A DNA stretch of 64,000 nt from Hyphochytrium catenoides (Eukaryota; Protista; Hyphochytriomycota). How positions within the stretch are numbered: the first letter of the stretch is position 1; each line of letters opens with the position of its first letter. Under the pieces are notes generated by a model. That model did not search any database. It worked only from the letters and a program-made list of their open reading frames with translations, and had not been told where the DNA came from. The stretch covers positions 1 through 64,000 of the forward strand of contig FLMG01000807.1 of assembly GCA_900088475.1 (NCBI GenBank). Reading direction: 5' to 3'. This document shows positions 24,064 through 37,781 of this stretch, piece by piece. The position numbers were made by a program, and so were the translations under genes.

Positions 24064-24712
24064 ATGGGGAACTACAAGCTGGAGGCGTTCAAGTTCAGCC
24101 TGTACATTGGAGGTATGCAGTGTATCGTCCATCAGCATTAAGGATTGCACTCAACATCATTGCGTTCTCGTTGCCCCGGGACTTTTCGCTCTTTCCTCCG
24201 GCCGGCGTCTGGCTGGCTTCTTTCTCTTCTCCGTTGCCAGTTCCGATCCTCTGTGCTCAAGTGTACAGTCACCCGGAAGTTATCGACAGCATTGTACGGA
24301 GGGTAAGTCCTCGTTCTGGGTAGGTTTGATGTGCAGATTTGGTTCTTAGACGACCTTTTCTTTCTTACAGAAAAAGTATATCATTTATCCGCCCGCCGGA
24401 CCGAACCCGCCCACAATAGAAGAGCTAGAGGAAGATGCTGAGAGGAATAACGAGCTTAGTCGTCAAGCTGCAGAGAGAAGCAAGTCAGCTGACGCTCCAG
24501 TGGAGACTGCGATGGCCGCACCATCTGCAGCGCAAGGTTTCACAATAACTGACAGCCAGATTCAAATGCCCGCCCTGGCTCCTCACTTAGCACAGCCAGA
24601 GCCAGCAGACTCAGCTATTCCTGAAGTGGCACCCCAAGCTAGCTTGCAAATAGAAGAAAAGCAGAAAAAGACCGGGTGGAGACGCTACTTCCTCTTTGGC
24701 CCAAGACAATGA
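24064..24712 (+). CDS. PET100: PET100 cytochrome c oxidase assembly factor homologue, 3 exons, about 150 aa
   Basis: Exons 24064-24112, 24241-24302 and 24371-24712 join in frame: MGNYKLEAFKFSLYIGVPILCAQVYSHPEVIDSIVRRKKYIIYPPAGPNPPTIEELEE..., matching the PET100 pattern LE.FKF..Y...P....YPP.GP.PP. Confidence 0.8.
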
Positions 24713-25809
24713 GGAGATAAGATTAGCATGGCCCACAGCGCTGGGTCTGAGAGCCAAAAGCCTGCCCAGCGGTAGTGGCTGTCAGGAAGCCAAATGGGTA
24801 TAGTGGCTCAATTGACTCGCTGCTAGCAGAAACCTAGAAACAGCAATGGACGAGATGAGGGCAGAGGGTTGAGTTTCTTGGATGAAGTTGCCTAGGGTGG
24901 GACGGTCAGGGAGCGCTGAATGCCTATGGAGCGTTATAGTACAACAGCTTAACGTGAGCCTCAACGAAACTGCTCAGAACGCTCGTCTCCCGTGGTGCTT
25001 CGATGGTCCTTAGCCGACGACTGCAGGCCATAGGCACGTGGCAAGACTCCCCTTTAATTTCAGACTTCACGGCTAACAATCCATAAGCACATACATAGTA
25101 ATGGTCTTACGAAGGGTTCACGATTACAAAGCAGAGCAGACTGTCATAGGTCGTTGCACGCAAGAGTGGGTTTCTCTCCTGAGGTGGACTTGTCGCTTCC
25201 TAAGGGGTCGCTACTCTTATTCGTCGCATTGGCAAAGAAAGGGTAGCACCATTTAACCCATTCTGCAAATTAAGAGCAAAGCATCGTTGAATACTAGCGG
25301 TCGGTCACACGTCTGAAGGGGATAAAAGGAAACCTTCAGACCTCGGGATCTAGATACGCCGTTTATTGGATAGGTTATCTAGGCCACATATGATACCTAG
25401 GCGGCACATGAAACGAGCACAGCTTGTTGCTACAACCTTGTGCCCATGAACTGTCCACTCTTGCGCAGTGATACTGGTGCATCCTCATGCGCTCATGCGC
25501 TGGCACATCAGGAGAGGCCTCCAAAACGTAAGTGGGCCCTATGTTATAGGGCTCACACTATGATGGGAGGTCGTCCTCATCGGCCCGCCAATGCGTACAA
25601 TATATCGAAGGTGCTTATGTCTAGAGGAACCGCTATTCCAGGAATGATGCGTCAGCCTTTCGTTTTCTTCATCCCCAACCGTAGTGCTGCCTGCTTACAC
25701 GCTGTGGGATCTCTTCGGTCAATGAACTGTCGGATAAACCGATGACGGGAACAAGAATGATTGGTGAAGAGAGAGCTCCAGACCTTATGTTCAGACGAAT
25801 GCAATAGCG

Positions 25810-26120
25810 CACAGCCGACAGCCGACAGCCAAAAGCAGTCAATAGCCTACAGTCGACTGCCGATAGCGGATAGTCAATCATGGATAGCTGATAGCCGAAA
25901 GCCGACGACGACTGCCGATGATAAACGACAGTAAATAGCGGATAGCTCACAGCCGACTGCTGATAGCTGATAGCCCATTATAGCCGATAGGCCGTAGCAA
26001 GTCTTAGCCATACTGGCCAACAGTAGCCTTAGCCGCCCAGATAGCTGACATGAAGATGATAGAACCTTCACTCCAGCCGCTAGCTGATGGAGCTGCTGAT
26101 GGCCGATAAAACCGACAAAG
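25810..26120. repeat. Degenerate heptamer minisatellite, consensus GAYAGCY
   Basis: acagccgacagccgacagcc...gatagctgatagccga...gctgatagctgatagccc. Confidence 0.8.
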
Positions 26121-26226
26121 GCTATTTCTTATTTAGCTGATGGTGCACTTGACGACGGAGCCCGATTCACAAAGGGGTCTTGCCTCCTTCATATATTTTG
26201 CCAGCATCCTCGTTTTCAAGCAAGTA

Positions 26227-26299
26227 GCTCTTGTAGCTCAGTGGTAGTAGCATTCGCTTAGTAAGCGAAAGGTCCTGGGTTCAATCCCCAGCAGGAGCA
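26227..26299 (+). tRNA. tRNA-Thr (anticodon AGT)
   Basis: Acceptor GCTCTTG/CAGGAGC; A-box TAGCTCAGTGG; anticodon arm TTCGC-TTAGTAA-GCGAA; T-arm CTGGG-TTCAATC-CCCAG; downstream TTTT terminator. Confidence 0.93.
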
Positions 26300-28497
26300 A
26301 AACTTTTACATTTTACCAAGCTGTTACTATTCCCTTGCTTTGCCCAAGAGACACTTCTTTCGTGTTTCTCCATACATTCCTTTCCTACTGTACGTCAGTT
26401 GGTTTCCTATCTATCACCCTTCATTATTAGGCTTAGTTCTCTCTACTTTGTTTTCTCTTCTTTCTCTGTTCTGCAGGATCTATCATCATAATAACACATT
26501 CGGTGAAAGCCTTTCTCACCAAGACACCACCACCAGTGCACCTTATTAGCTAAGACTCTCCTCGCTCACACTGTCCTCGCTCACACTGAGCAGCCTCGGT
26601 GCGTTCACCAATCCGCTGCAGTATTGCCATCAAGCTAGAGCAGAACAAGACCCAGAAGGCGGAGAAATGTGTTTGTGGGAGCCTGTTTTGGATAGTGAGG
26701 AGGGTGGGAGCTAGTTTTATTTAGTCGTCTACCTAAAGCACGAAGCACCTACTGCCATTATTGCTGGTCCTTTCCTATTACAACTGATTTCTACGGCTAG
26801 GTGGCAAAAGCCTCCCTTCATCGTCATACACTGAATAGCTTCACTTGACAGAGAGCCCAAAACGATAGAAGTTAGAATGCCTCTTCGTCTCGGTAGAACT
26901 AGTGGTGCAATATTCATGTTCATGTAGCTCTTTCCTTATGATCAAGTTCAACAACAACCCTACTACGTTGCTCTTTATAAAGTACAGTGAAAAATTGCTT
27001 TTCAGAGAATGTACCAAAAGGATGCTTGCTATGCGGGTCATGATGGACGGTGTGAGTTGTTGAAGAAGCAACCAGCCATTGAAGAATAGGATGATGATGG
27101 GAGTCCCATGAGGACAGTATGCATGCCTGTAGGGGACATTATGCGGCGGCGCAACGTGTTGCAGTGCGCCGCCGACTCCCCTTGTCATTACTTATCTCTC
27201 TGTCTGTCTGAATAGAGCAGCTAGCGACCACCGTCATCACTGCGAGCAGCAACAGACAGCTAGCAACTTTTCTTGTCGCATTGGTAGTGGGACCGCCAAT
27301 TTATCCTTTTCAACCACCGAAACGTAACTATAAGTGCTGCTAAACGCTTGCTGCAGACAAAGCGGTGCTCAATCACCGACCAAATGAAAATTTAGAGAGA
27401 AGTTGCTAACACAAGATGATCTGGCTTTGTAATAACAGCTTACTACTATGCTTTCATTCATGGAAAAAGAGCTTTGGCTGGGCGGACGATCCTGTAGCTG
27501 CCATTATTACGACGTATCCCACCAGATAGATAGATGGTGCAACCACAATTCTCTTTTTTTTTTTCCTAGTTTCACACATAGAGAGCTTGAGCCTCTTTTC
27601 TTCCTCGCTGGTTGCTGCTTTTTTCAAGAAGTCATTTGGCAGGTAGTTTACACACTGAGTTGGGCCTGCCTAGGACTAGAACATCATCTGTTATTACAGC
27701 CATTACTATCAAAAGGCACCTATAACCAGCAGGCGGTAGCAACATTATTGATCGTAGCATTTTCCCCATCCCGCTCCACATCCCAAGGAGATTTCGGTTC
27801 CTCAACCCACAGGCCACTTCCCAGCTCTGAAGTCTTCCTCCGCTTCTCTTTATTTGGAGACGGTCAGTCCGATTGATCCTCTGCAGCTGTTTGACTTGAG
27901 AAGCACAAAGGAGCTCTCAACAATCGTCATCATCCTGACATTATTCAGAGCGGAGCTTCGTCAGTGTTTGAGGAGTTGGCGCGATGGCGTCCAGATTTTT
28001 GCCGGGAACTGGTGTTTGAAATTAGTCTATATCAGTAATACAAGCGTTAAATCACGTTGGTATTCTACTAACAAGCTCATTAGATTCCTTATGCGGTCAT
28101 CCCGAATCACTGTTCGAAGTGATGATAACCTTCCTGGTTCTGACAAATATCCCTAATAGAATAACTTCTAATTCTAAATGTGAACTGGCGGAACAGTGCA
28201 GGATAGGAATTGGACCTTCCCACGAATAATAAGGCTTCCGTTTTCACTGGATAAGCGGCAACCTTTCTGAAGACCCAAAACGCCATCAGGTTATTGCCTG
28301 GTCTCTCTTGCGGATGGGTCTCTTCGCCATTGAAGCTCAGTGAAGCTCTTTGACGGACCGCTGCTGGTAGAAGAGACGAGAGACTGAGAGCCAGAGAGGT
28401 CGCTCCCATTGTCTTTCTTCCATTGTCTACTGGCTAAGAAGGCGCCTTTAGCGTCCTGTCATCGTAGTAGGCTTTAGTCGCCCCCCAAAAAGGAAAC

Positions 28498-31400
28498 ATG
28501 AGTTCGGATGCAGAGGTTGAGATGCTGCTTTTGCAGCTCATCAACCCGGACACTGCTGCCATCAAGAATGCAGAGGCGGCTTTGAAGAGGGTGATGAAGT
28601 CTGCAAACTGCGTCAAGCAATTTATGACACAGATGGAATGTTCGCAGCACATAGCGGTAAGAACTCGTGGCCTCCTGTGGATGTAGCCACTCTCTGTTAT
28701 CTCAGTCCGATAGAGCTCGCAGTCTCTCAAGCGCCATGGCAAGCTCCCTTAACGTTCAGTCCTTCTTCACTTCGTTAGATGGCGCCCTTCGGAACTGCTG
28801 CTTTCTCATTCTTCGCGCCATGATAGAGTAGATTACTCGTCTAGAAGGAGAGAAGGTCACACTCACCATACTGTTGAATAGGCTCGTCAATTGGCAGCTG
28901 TTCTTCTACGTAAGAAGATTAACCAGTACTGGTCCAGACTGGCTCCCGGTGACCAATCAGAGTTCAAGGCAGCTTTATTGAGAATGCTAGCGCGAGAGCC
29001 GGAGCGCCTTGTCCGAAAGGCTGTGTGCGGAGTCGTCGCTGCTATTTCCAAGCATCTGCTGCCCGCCAATTTATGGAATGAGCTGCTGCAGTACATCAAT
29101 CAGAGCACTCAGAGCCCTGATGTAAGCTCTCTCTCTTCCTGGATTTTATCCTCTGTCAGTTCTCGTGAGCTACGACTACCTTTCGTCTAACATATTATCG
29201 ATCTGCAGGAGGGCCAAAGGGAACTCTCTTTCTTGCTGTTCTACTCCTTGACGGAGACGGTCGGGGACGCGCTACAAGCGCACTTCGATTCTCTGAAAAA
29301 CGTATTTATCGGTGGCCTGCGCGATCAGTCGTCAATGAGAGTGCGGGTACAAGCACTTAGGGCTGCTGGAGCTCTGATTGAATATCTATCCACTGAGGAT
29401 CATGTCCTGCAGGTGATTGCACCGACAAACGATTCCTAAACCATTTTCTCCTTCTACATATCTCTTGCTTCTGGTTTCCGTGTCGGGATTTCAAGCACCT
29501 CACTCCTGGCTGGTTGTGCGCTAACAGCTTTCTTCCTTCCTCTTGCAGTTCCGAGAGTTGATCAACCCCATGGTGGAGGTGGTGAGCCTTTGCTTAGAGA
29601 AGGGAGAGGAGGATGTAGCCATTGAATTCTTCGATGTCTTCAGCGAGCTCGTTGAGAGTCCTTTACCTGTCCTGACTCCATCTCTTCCTCAACTGGTCCA
29701 ATTCCTTCTCGGCGTCATTGCGAACGACAAGCTTGAAGATGGTAAGGGAGAATGTAAAGCCAATGTAAAGCCCTGTATCGTTGCTGGAGCGCCTGTTAGC
29801 CTTCGTCTGTCTTTGCTCCACCATACCCTCTTGCTTTTGATATTGTCTTGCATCTTTGTTGATCATTGCATTGCCTCCGTTTGCGCTTCTCCTAGCTTCT
29901 AACGTGATTACCGCATTATGAGGTGAGCCTGCTTAAATACCTTTGTTTAACCGCACTATTATCCTTTCCGCCTTCCTCTTGCTTTGATTGCTAGCAACTC
30001 GCGACGCCGCGGCGGTAGTTATCAATAACCTTGCCACTCACAAGCCCAAGACCTTGGCAAAGAAGACATCCATCCAAGAGATCGTCAACGTTATGGTGCA
30101 TCTCTGTGCGCAGGACTCTACCTCGGCAGGAGGACACTTTGACATTGAGGAGAAGGACGATGATGATTTAGATGAAGAAACACGTTCCCCTCATAGGTAC
30201 GCGAGGATAGATGACCAGTGGCCTAGTCTCTGTCAGTCTTTGCTTTTACCTAACCTGCCTGTTTCGTTCCCTGGTACTACTCTTCTTTACTGAGAACAGC
30301 ATTGCCCAGCAAACGTTGGACACTCTGGCGCTGCGGTTACCCAAGAAGTACATCTTCCCCGTCGTGCACTCTACTGCTCTGGCAGCTTTATCATCCCCCC
30401 AGCCCATGGAAAGAAAAGCAGGCTGCACCCTGATAGGAGTGGTCGCGGAAGGCTGCGATGAACAACTGAGAGAGCGCCTTGATGAGCTTCTTCCGCTCGT
30501 CCTAAAGTGCTCAGAGGATCCTGAACCTCTAGTTAGGGAGGGATCATGCTTCGCACTGGGCCAGTTTTCTGAGCATCTGATTCCTGACATCCTTGAGTAC
30601 CACGCATCGATCCTGCCAGCGGTATTCAGGATGCTCGATGACTCCTCTCCCCGTGTGCAGGGCATCTCCTGCTATGTGCTAGAGAGCTTCTGTGAGAACC
30701 TAGAAAAGGAAGCGGTGATGCCCTATTTGGAGCCACTAATGGTCAAGCTGGTGGGGCTTCTTCGCTCTCCCAACCAAAAGTTCCAGGGTATGGCCATTGG
30801 CGCAATCGCGGCGACGGCTGTAGCGGCAGAAAAGGAGTTTATCAGGTTCTTCGAGCCCATTGTCGGTAGGTTATTCTCGTTATCTCAGAGCAAGTGGCCT
30901 ATTCCTTAACCTTGGCTTCAATGCAAAAGGGCAATCCTCGTGTCTGCAGCTGCTTAGCTGACCTCTAGCACTTCTCTCCCTTCTCTTTGCGGTCCTTACC
31001 TTCAATTTCTTGCTCAGACATGATGAAGATCGTTCTTAAGAACGCAGATGAGAGCCAGCTCTCTCTTCGGGGCCGCGCCATTGAATGCATGGGCCATATG
31101 GCGATTGCTGTGGAGGAAGATGCTTTCCGGCCGCATCTTCTTGAGATAATGACCTTAGCAGTTCAGGGATTGGCACTCGAAGATCCAGAGCTTTCTGAAT
31201 ATACGTTCGCGTTCTTCTGTAACGCTGCCAAGGTTTTTGGTGAAGAATTTGCGCCATTCCTGCCCCAGCTAGTGCCACACCTCCTGCAGGCCAGTCAGAT
31301 TTCGGACGGGGAAACGATCACCGTCAAATCGCTGCATGTAAGTTCATTAGCAGCCTTCTCCCTGCGCGTAAAGCCCCATTATGTACAAGCTGATCACTCC

Positions 31401-34050
31401 TAATATAGGACGATCATCCTGCCCTCGAAGGCTTTGACGATGATGAAGATGAGGATGATGAAATTTCAGGACGTGTCACACAGAGTGTGAGAACCGCAAT
31501 GCTAGACATGAAAGCTGCATCTATTGAAGCTCTGGGCTTCCTGGCAGAGTACACAGGTAATCGAGAGAGCAACTAACCCGTGCTGGGCAGAACGATAGAA
31601 GAGGGAAGTCGACGGGACGAGGGCAAGTCAAATCGCTTGAGATGGGGAAGGTTTGGTAACTACCAAGTGTCTTTAGAGCAAAGACTAATTTGCTACCGCT
31701 AGGTCGCCACTTCGTCCCCTATATTCCGCGGGTCTTGGAAGTCTTTACTTTCCATTCGCAGTACTTCCATGAGACTGTTAGACTTAAGGTACGAGAGTTA
31801 CCACGTGTAGCTGCCCTCCAACCTTCTTCGTTTGGCTTTGCACTGGTCCTAAGCTCCGGAAGCCCTTGCTCCAATATTGTTGGTCTTCATCTTATGGTCA
31901 CGTGTGCTACTGGCGTTGTAGGTGGCGGGGGCTCTCTCCAGCATGGTAAAGGCATGCGTAATTGCTGTTCCTGTCAAGTTTGAGATTGGGCAAGTGGTGA
32001 CTCTGGAGCCGTCTACCTCCGCCGTAGTCGAGCAGGTTATTGCCATGGTCAGTGCCGGACTTCTCACTTTATGGGGACTGGACTTGCTCTGTCATCTATC
32101 TATATCCGTTGCGGTGTCTGTCTCTATCACAGACTTTCCTTAAACTATCCTACCCCTTGGGCACACTATTTATCCTCCTTCACCTTTTCGGCTGGTATAT
32201 CGTAGGAAGTGTATGGCCTTGCTCTATCCTGCATCTGTTCTCCTTCGATCTCTCTGGAATTCTTTAGTTCTTGTAGTTGCTTGAATGTATGGCTCATGAT
32301 TGCAACGTCTCTGCTTGCATTGTCTCGTTTAGTTGGCAAACTTCCTGGTGGATGAAGAAGACAAGGAGGTGGTCGCAAAGAGTTGTGAAGGAGTGCAGAA
32401 GGTTGTCGAGCTTGTCGGACCCACAGCAGTGGCCAAGCCCATTAACGAGCTCATGAAGGCTATTCTAGATCTACTCCAGGTACCTTATGCGCGGATCGCA
32501 CGAGAGGGAAGCCGATGAAGATATGAGCATAGAAAGAAGGGAAGGTGGAGAAGAGCGAACAGAGTGATCTAGTAGCGGGATTGCAGCTTCCCTTACAATG
32601 CGCTATGTTGCAGGAGAATGCCCTTTGTCAGAACGCTACAGAGGACGACGATGAGGAAGAAGTAGAGCATGATCGTATTCTCACTGATGCACTTTGTGAT
32701 CTCATCGGAGGCTTGGCCAAGGCGTTTGGACCCTCTTTCGACCCTCTCTTCCGACCCCTCGCTCCTGCCCTGGTTCGCTTCTTCAAGGCTTCTAGGCCGA
32801 GCACAGACAAGGTGGCTGCGATGGGCTGTCTGGCGGAGGTGCTGGAGGCATTGGGAGAGACCATTGTGCCTGGTTATGTTAATGACATGGTACCACTAGT
32901 CATAAGAGGTGAGCAAGTGAAAGAATGGTCATGATCTAGGTTGAGTGGGCGAGGATTGAGAGAGGTAACGGCTACCGTCATCTGCTTATAAGGTCTCTAG
33001 TCCTATCATGTTGATGTTGCCTAATCCTGGCGGTGAATGTGCCTGATGTAGATCTGGGAGACAAGGATCACGAGCTACGTCGGAACTCTGCCTACTGCGC
33101 CGGTGTTCTTATGCAAAAGGGAGGAGCAGCAGTGCAGCCACACTTCCTTTCCATACTAAAGGCTCTGCGGCCACTTTTCAACGCAAAGGGAGCAGAGGCA
33201 CCAGCAGCAGATAACGCCGCTTCCGCTGTTTGCAAGATGATAATGGCTAGCTCTGCCTCTCTCTCTTCCCTTCCCCTTGGGCAGATTTTACCTGTCCTAA
33301 TTGGTGCTCTTCCTCTTAAGGTAGACATGGATGAGAATGAGACCGTATATAGGTAAGAGAGGAAAAGATTCTTAGTGTAGCACTTCGCAAGCGGAAGGTT
33401 GAACTCTGACGTCTTATCTTCACTGAGATGGCTAAACGTAGGCTAAGGCCCGGAACATGTGTGTGAGAGGGAGACAGAGACGTACGCAAAGAGAAAGAGA
33501 GAGACAACGGACCTAGCAATAGACAACGGGCCTTCTAGGGGTAACGACCATGAGGAAGAGAGAGAGAGTGACAACGAGCTAGGAAGGAAGAGTTGAAAGG
33601 CTAAAGTTGCGCTGGTCATATTACACAGATGCCTCGCTGGTCTGATCACCCAGAAGCAGCCTGATACCATGAACTTCATCCCACAGATTGTCAGGTAAGA
33701 CAGGGTCCAGCAGTACTTTTCGCTACTTTATGATGTGACTTACTGACAACTTTCCCACCTCTCTCTTCTCTCTCACACTCCCTTTCTCTCTCTTTCTCTG
33801 CATATCTCTCTCTCTCTCTCGTCCCCTGCGCCTATCCTTTTATCGCAACACACCACATTCTCCCTTGATATATGAATCTGCCAGCATCTACGCGCAGGCG
33901 CTTGACGAGGAAAGCGATGTAGAGGGAGCAGCGAAGGAGATGATCCTAAACTCATTGCGCGGTCTATTTATGGACTTTGGAGAGCAAATGAAGGCTGTCG
34001 TTGGTTCTCTGCCAGAGCGGGAAAGGAATAACATCATGAAGCATGCCTAG
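28498..34050 (+). CDS. IPO4: Importin-4 (importin-beta/karyopherin HEAT-repeat protein), 15 exons
   Basis: IBN_N start (PDTAAIKNAEAAL...RQLAAVLLRKKI..YW), VREGSCFALGQFSEHL.PDI, acidic loops, SVRTAMLDMK, RRNSAYCAG, DNAASAVCKMI, LPLK.D.DEN. All introns GT-AG and in frame. Confidence 0.92.
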
Positions 34051-34501
34051 GAAAAGAAGAGAGAGAGAGAGTGAGTGAGAGAGAAGGAAGAAAGTCGGCC
34101 ATAGTAAGGCTTAAGACATTAGCAGATGTAAGGTAGCTTGACAGGCCAATTTAACCCATAGATTGGACGAAGGTAGGCCTAGTATAATAGCATGTAGGTG
34201 AGTCGAAGAGAGCGGGAGACAAGGAGACATCCTTTAATATTATTGCATCTTTTCTCTTTTGAAAAGCTTTAGCCGTCGTCACGAGGTAGTTCTTCTGCGT
34301 TTCTTTCGCAATCTCTGCATGGTATGTTCTTTTATCCAGTGACCGCGGGCGACATCCCTTTCTACTTCTTCCTCCAGTCCACTCAACTCTTGCTTCTCGT
34401 TCCCTCGGACAGCATTCAGGTCGTGTTCTCATCTTTCTTTCTCTCTTCTGCTGAAGCTTAGGCATCCGACATTGTCCTGCTGCCCACTTTCTTTCTGTTT
34501 C

Positions 34502-35926
34502 TCACTCCTCTCTGATCGAGGGCAATCTGTCAGCGCTCAAAAATTGTCTGCTTCGGTTGAGGACAAACGAGGATGCATCTTGAAGAGAGCTATCGATCAC
34601 GCGCTCGTACTGGTCCAGAAGTGGGGTGAAAATGCGATGATATACTATCGCGGCGCCCTGCGTGTTGGAGAGCGTTACGCAGAGAGAAATACGTGGATCC
34701 ACAAGGTGATCTTGGAATAGAACGAGCAAAAAGGCAGGTAGACTAGAGGCTCACGTAAAGAACATGCAACTACAGAGAGGAAAGACAGAGAGAGAACCAG
34801 ACAAATAAACGAAGAGCGAGACAGAGAGCGACGATAGAGAGATACGATAGAACGCAGCCATCAAGGGATAGGCAAATAGGGAGAGAGAGCGAGTACAAAG
34901 AAGGCGGAAAGACAGCGACAGACGAAGGAGACCGCTCCATGGAGATGGGCTTAGAGGAGATGCTAGCGAACCATTGCGGTAGAGAAAGTTCCCAAGCTGC
35001 TAATAGATAGAGACCAAGATCCAACGCTGCCCTTACCTTAAAGGATGGCAGTGCCAGCCAGCATACACAGACAAACTTTAGGTACAGGTAAAAAGGGATC
35101 CTAGGGAGTGCCATCGTTTAGTTGCACGAAATACACTAAGCGGGGCGCTATCCCATCACCGTTGTAACGGGAAGAGAGAAGAAAGCGAAAGAGAGGAGAT
35201 GCTAGGGAAGTAGAGGGGCCGACTGAGCTGACGGCAAGAGGGTAAGGGCCTGCATGCAGTAGAAGGATTCGAGGTCGAGGGACGTTGAGGGTGACAGACG
35301 TAGGAAGGGGAGAACATAGAGAGATAAGTCAAAGCAAAAAGGAAACTTAAGAGATGGGAAGCCGAGAGAGAACAGAACAAACAGTAAGGGTCTACTCACC
35401 AGTTGACAACACTTGTCAGGTAGGACTCCAATATCAAAAACAAGGTACTGATAATCCTGGGGCAAGAGTCACGGTTAAGATTCACTCAGAGAGGCGAGAG
35501 ACTCTGATCCACACGACTGACAGGAAAGCAAAAGCGAAGCCTGGAAGAAGGAGTCGAGACAGAGATTGGCGAACGACAGGAGAGAGCAGAGAAAGACGGG
35601 CTTCTACATGACTCAGCTTTTCGAAGAGGCTCGCACCAGAAAGTTAGCCATTGGATGTGATTCTCTTCATCAGGCCTCTGTATAGAGCAGATCGAGGCAT
35701 ACAGCGGGAAGGCGTAGGAGATCACGGGGCTGATGGACAGAGCATGGATCAGATTTTGGCAAGTTTACGCCCTAATCGTCAGCTGAGGGAGAGAGATGCC
35801 TAGGAAGGAGGTCTCGAAGGGACATGTAAAGACGCATTCTCAAGTCCTCTCAAGTCCCCGCTGACTGTCAGAACCCAGTATGATATTCGTCGGATACCTC
35901 AGAACTGGCAAACAATATTGAATCAT
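34502..35926 (-). CDS. REEP/HVA22/TB2-DP1 family ER-shaping protein, spliced
   Basis: MIQYCLPVLS|PVISYAFPLYASICSI...QWLTFW|IISTLF..LESYL...W|IPFYLYLKF...WL.LP.FK|GAAIVYHRIF.PLL..YE..ID. The 3' end is uncertain (a further exon is possible). Confidence 0.88.
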
Positions 35927-36671
35927 AGCTCCTCGCGCCTTCGTCTTAAGTGGCTATGCTTATCTCGTCCTCTGCTTCTCGAAACATTGGTTGCTTGCCC
36001 TTTGTCCTTCTCGCTCTTGTGTGGTCACCTTATGTTTCCATAATACTCAATACAAGCTTTCTCACTCGTGTCTGACACGCAGACAAGCACTCACAGACAG
36101 AGCACGAACCTATGAGAGTCTGCAAAGAGACAGGTGAGACCCCAGACATCTCATGGACAACGCTGGCACATGGCACATGGCTCAGACAGAGCTCAATGAG
36201 AAAGATTATTGGGAAGTTTGGCAATGATCTTTCAACTTCCACCCTCGGCCCTGGGGGAGTTCTGCAGCTCAGAACAAGGCTTCTGAGTCCTGGAGGAGTT
36301 CTCGGAGCTCTATTTTACTTGCTCTACAGTTCTGCAGTAGCTTTGGGCGTTGACTAAGATCTCAATAAGTTTTCAGGACGCAGCAGCAGCGGCAGCAGCA
36401 AAGGGCGCTGAAGAAGGGCAGAAAGGTTCATGCAGCGATGAGCCATAGCTTCAAGGGTATAGCAAGGACAGCCGCGGGTACACCTGGTAAATAGACTGCA
36501 GAAGAAGACGGAGACATGAATGAATGTGTTGGAGCATACATAAACCTGTGAGGCAAGGGCTTTCGCAAGGGTGGAGTTAACAAACCAAGAATATAACGGA
36601 ATCATTAGTTTCCAAGCACTTCTGCCAACCATAACGACAGGCTGGAAGCCTGCCCAACAGGATCAAGCAGG

Positions 36672-37781
36672 ATGGAAAGGTCCGAAAGGTCCTCCTCCCC
36701 AAATCGACATAAGATTCAACGGACAGACGACGGCAAGCCATATCGCAGATTGAGATCCTTATCTCCCCAACGTGGGAGAGACAGTCCTCACCGTAGCAAG
36801 TCACGTAGTCCTTCCAGGGGGAGAACAAGAGATCCGGATCGTCGCAAAAGCCATCACCGCTCTCCTTCTCCTTCCCCAAGTAGAAGACCCAGAAACCGCA
36901 AAGGTAAGAACGTCACCAGTTTGGATCAATGTGTCGAGAACATCTTGACTCAGTTAGCGCGATACGCTTCTCGTCCATTTCTTCCCTTCTTTGAATGTGC
37001 AGCTGAGGAAAGAAATGAAGAAGAGGGTTCCCCATCGTCCATAGAACAGCTTCAAAGCCCCAATCGGATCAGGTAAGCTGGAGTGGCAACCACATATGGT
37101 GACACCAGCATACTAACACGTTGACACGTCTTGCAGTGATGTGGGCGACGAGGGAATAAAAATAATAGCAGCTCAGCCTGTGGTGCTTGCTGGTAATGGT
37201 CTGAGGTCAAACAAGGCTGAAGGTGAGGGCTGTTTCTGTTGTTATGTATGTACACGTTCTAACCTCATCAACATGGGCTAACTTTAGCAGCAGAGCAGCA
37301 GTCGATAAGCAAGAATGAGAAGGTGCAATTTCTGCAAAGAGTCATAGAGCGGCTTTTCAGTTGACCCCTTCAAACACGCTAAGTCCTTGCAATATGTACT
37401 TTCTCTCTTATTACCGGTCTGGTGATGTTGGTAGGTGGAAAGTCAGTGGAGATCAGCCGCTGCTGCGACCTTTGCTGGCGACACTAAGAAACAAGACAAG
37501 TTTCTAAGGTTAATGGGAGCCAATAAGTCAGGTTCCCAGGTTGAGAGAGAGCCGACACAACAAGCTAGCAGCATCAGTCTTCCATCTCATTTATTAGACG
37601 ATAGCAAGGTAAGGGTCACTCACCGTCAGTCACCCTTCCCTTCTTATCAGTAGGCTAGTTTCTATAAATCTTCCAGTATCCCTTACATTTTAATTTTTAT
37701 CACTTCTAGCTGAAGCAAGACCTAGAGCGGCAGTACAATGACAGCATTCAACAGCGCGGGCGAAGAGCAGGCCTCGGCTAG
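36672..37781 (+). CDS. RS-rich protein with C-terminal small acidic protein (SMAP) domain, spliced
   Basis: RSRSPS-rich first exon; C-terminal QW..A..TFAGD.KKQDKFLRLMGANK...|LKQDLERQY......GRRAGLG*. Confidence 0.8.

Noticed and set aside
23789-24349. 186-aa ORF overlapping the PET100 5' region
   Set aside because: No recognisable domain; the spliced PET100 model in another frame explains the locus
21290-24712. DOPA dioxygenase, methyltransferase and PET100 as a biosynthetic cluster
   Set aside because: The methyltransferase is protein-methyltransferase-like and PET100 is housekeeping; no pathway logic
24719-24734. 16-nt match to the U6 snRNA core (AAGATTAGCATGGCCC) just after the PET100 stop, followed by a hairpin
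   Set aside because: No ACAGAGA box, flanks do not match U6, and it lies in a 3' UTR. The hairpin also lacks the SECIS AUGA/GA quartet. Probably chance.
27860-27940. Minus-strand ATGATGA...CTGA resembling a box C/D snoRNA (also considered U3)
   Set aside because: No convincing rRNA guide or internal C'/D' boxes; TGATGA is frequent in this low-complexity DNA
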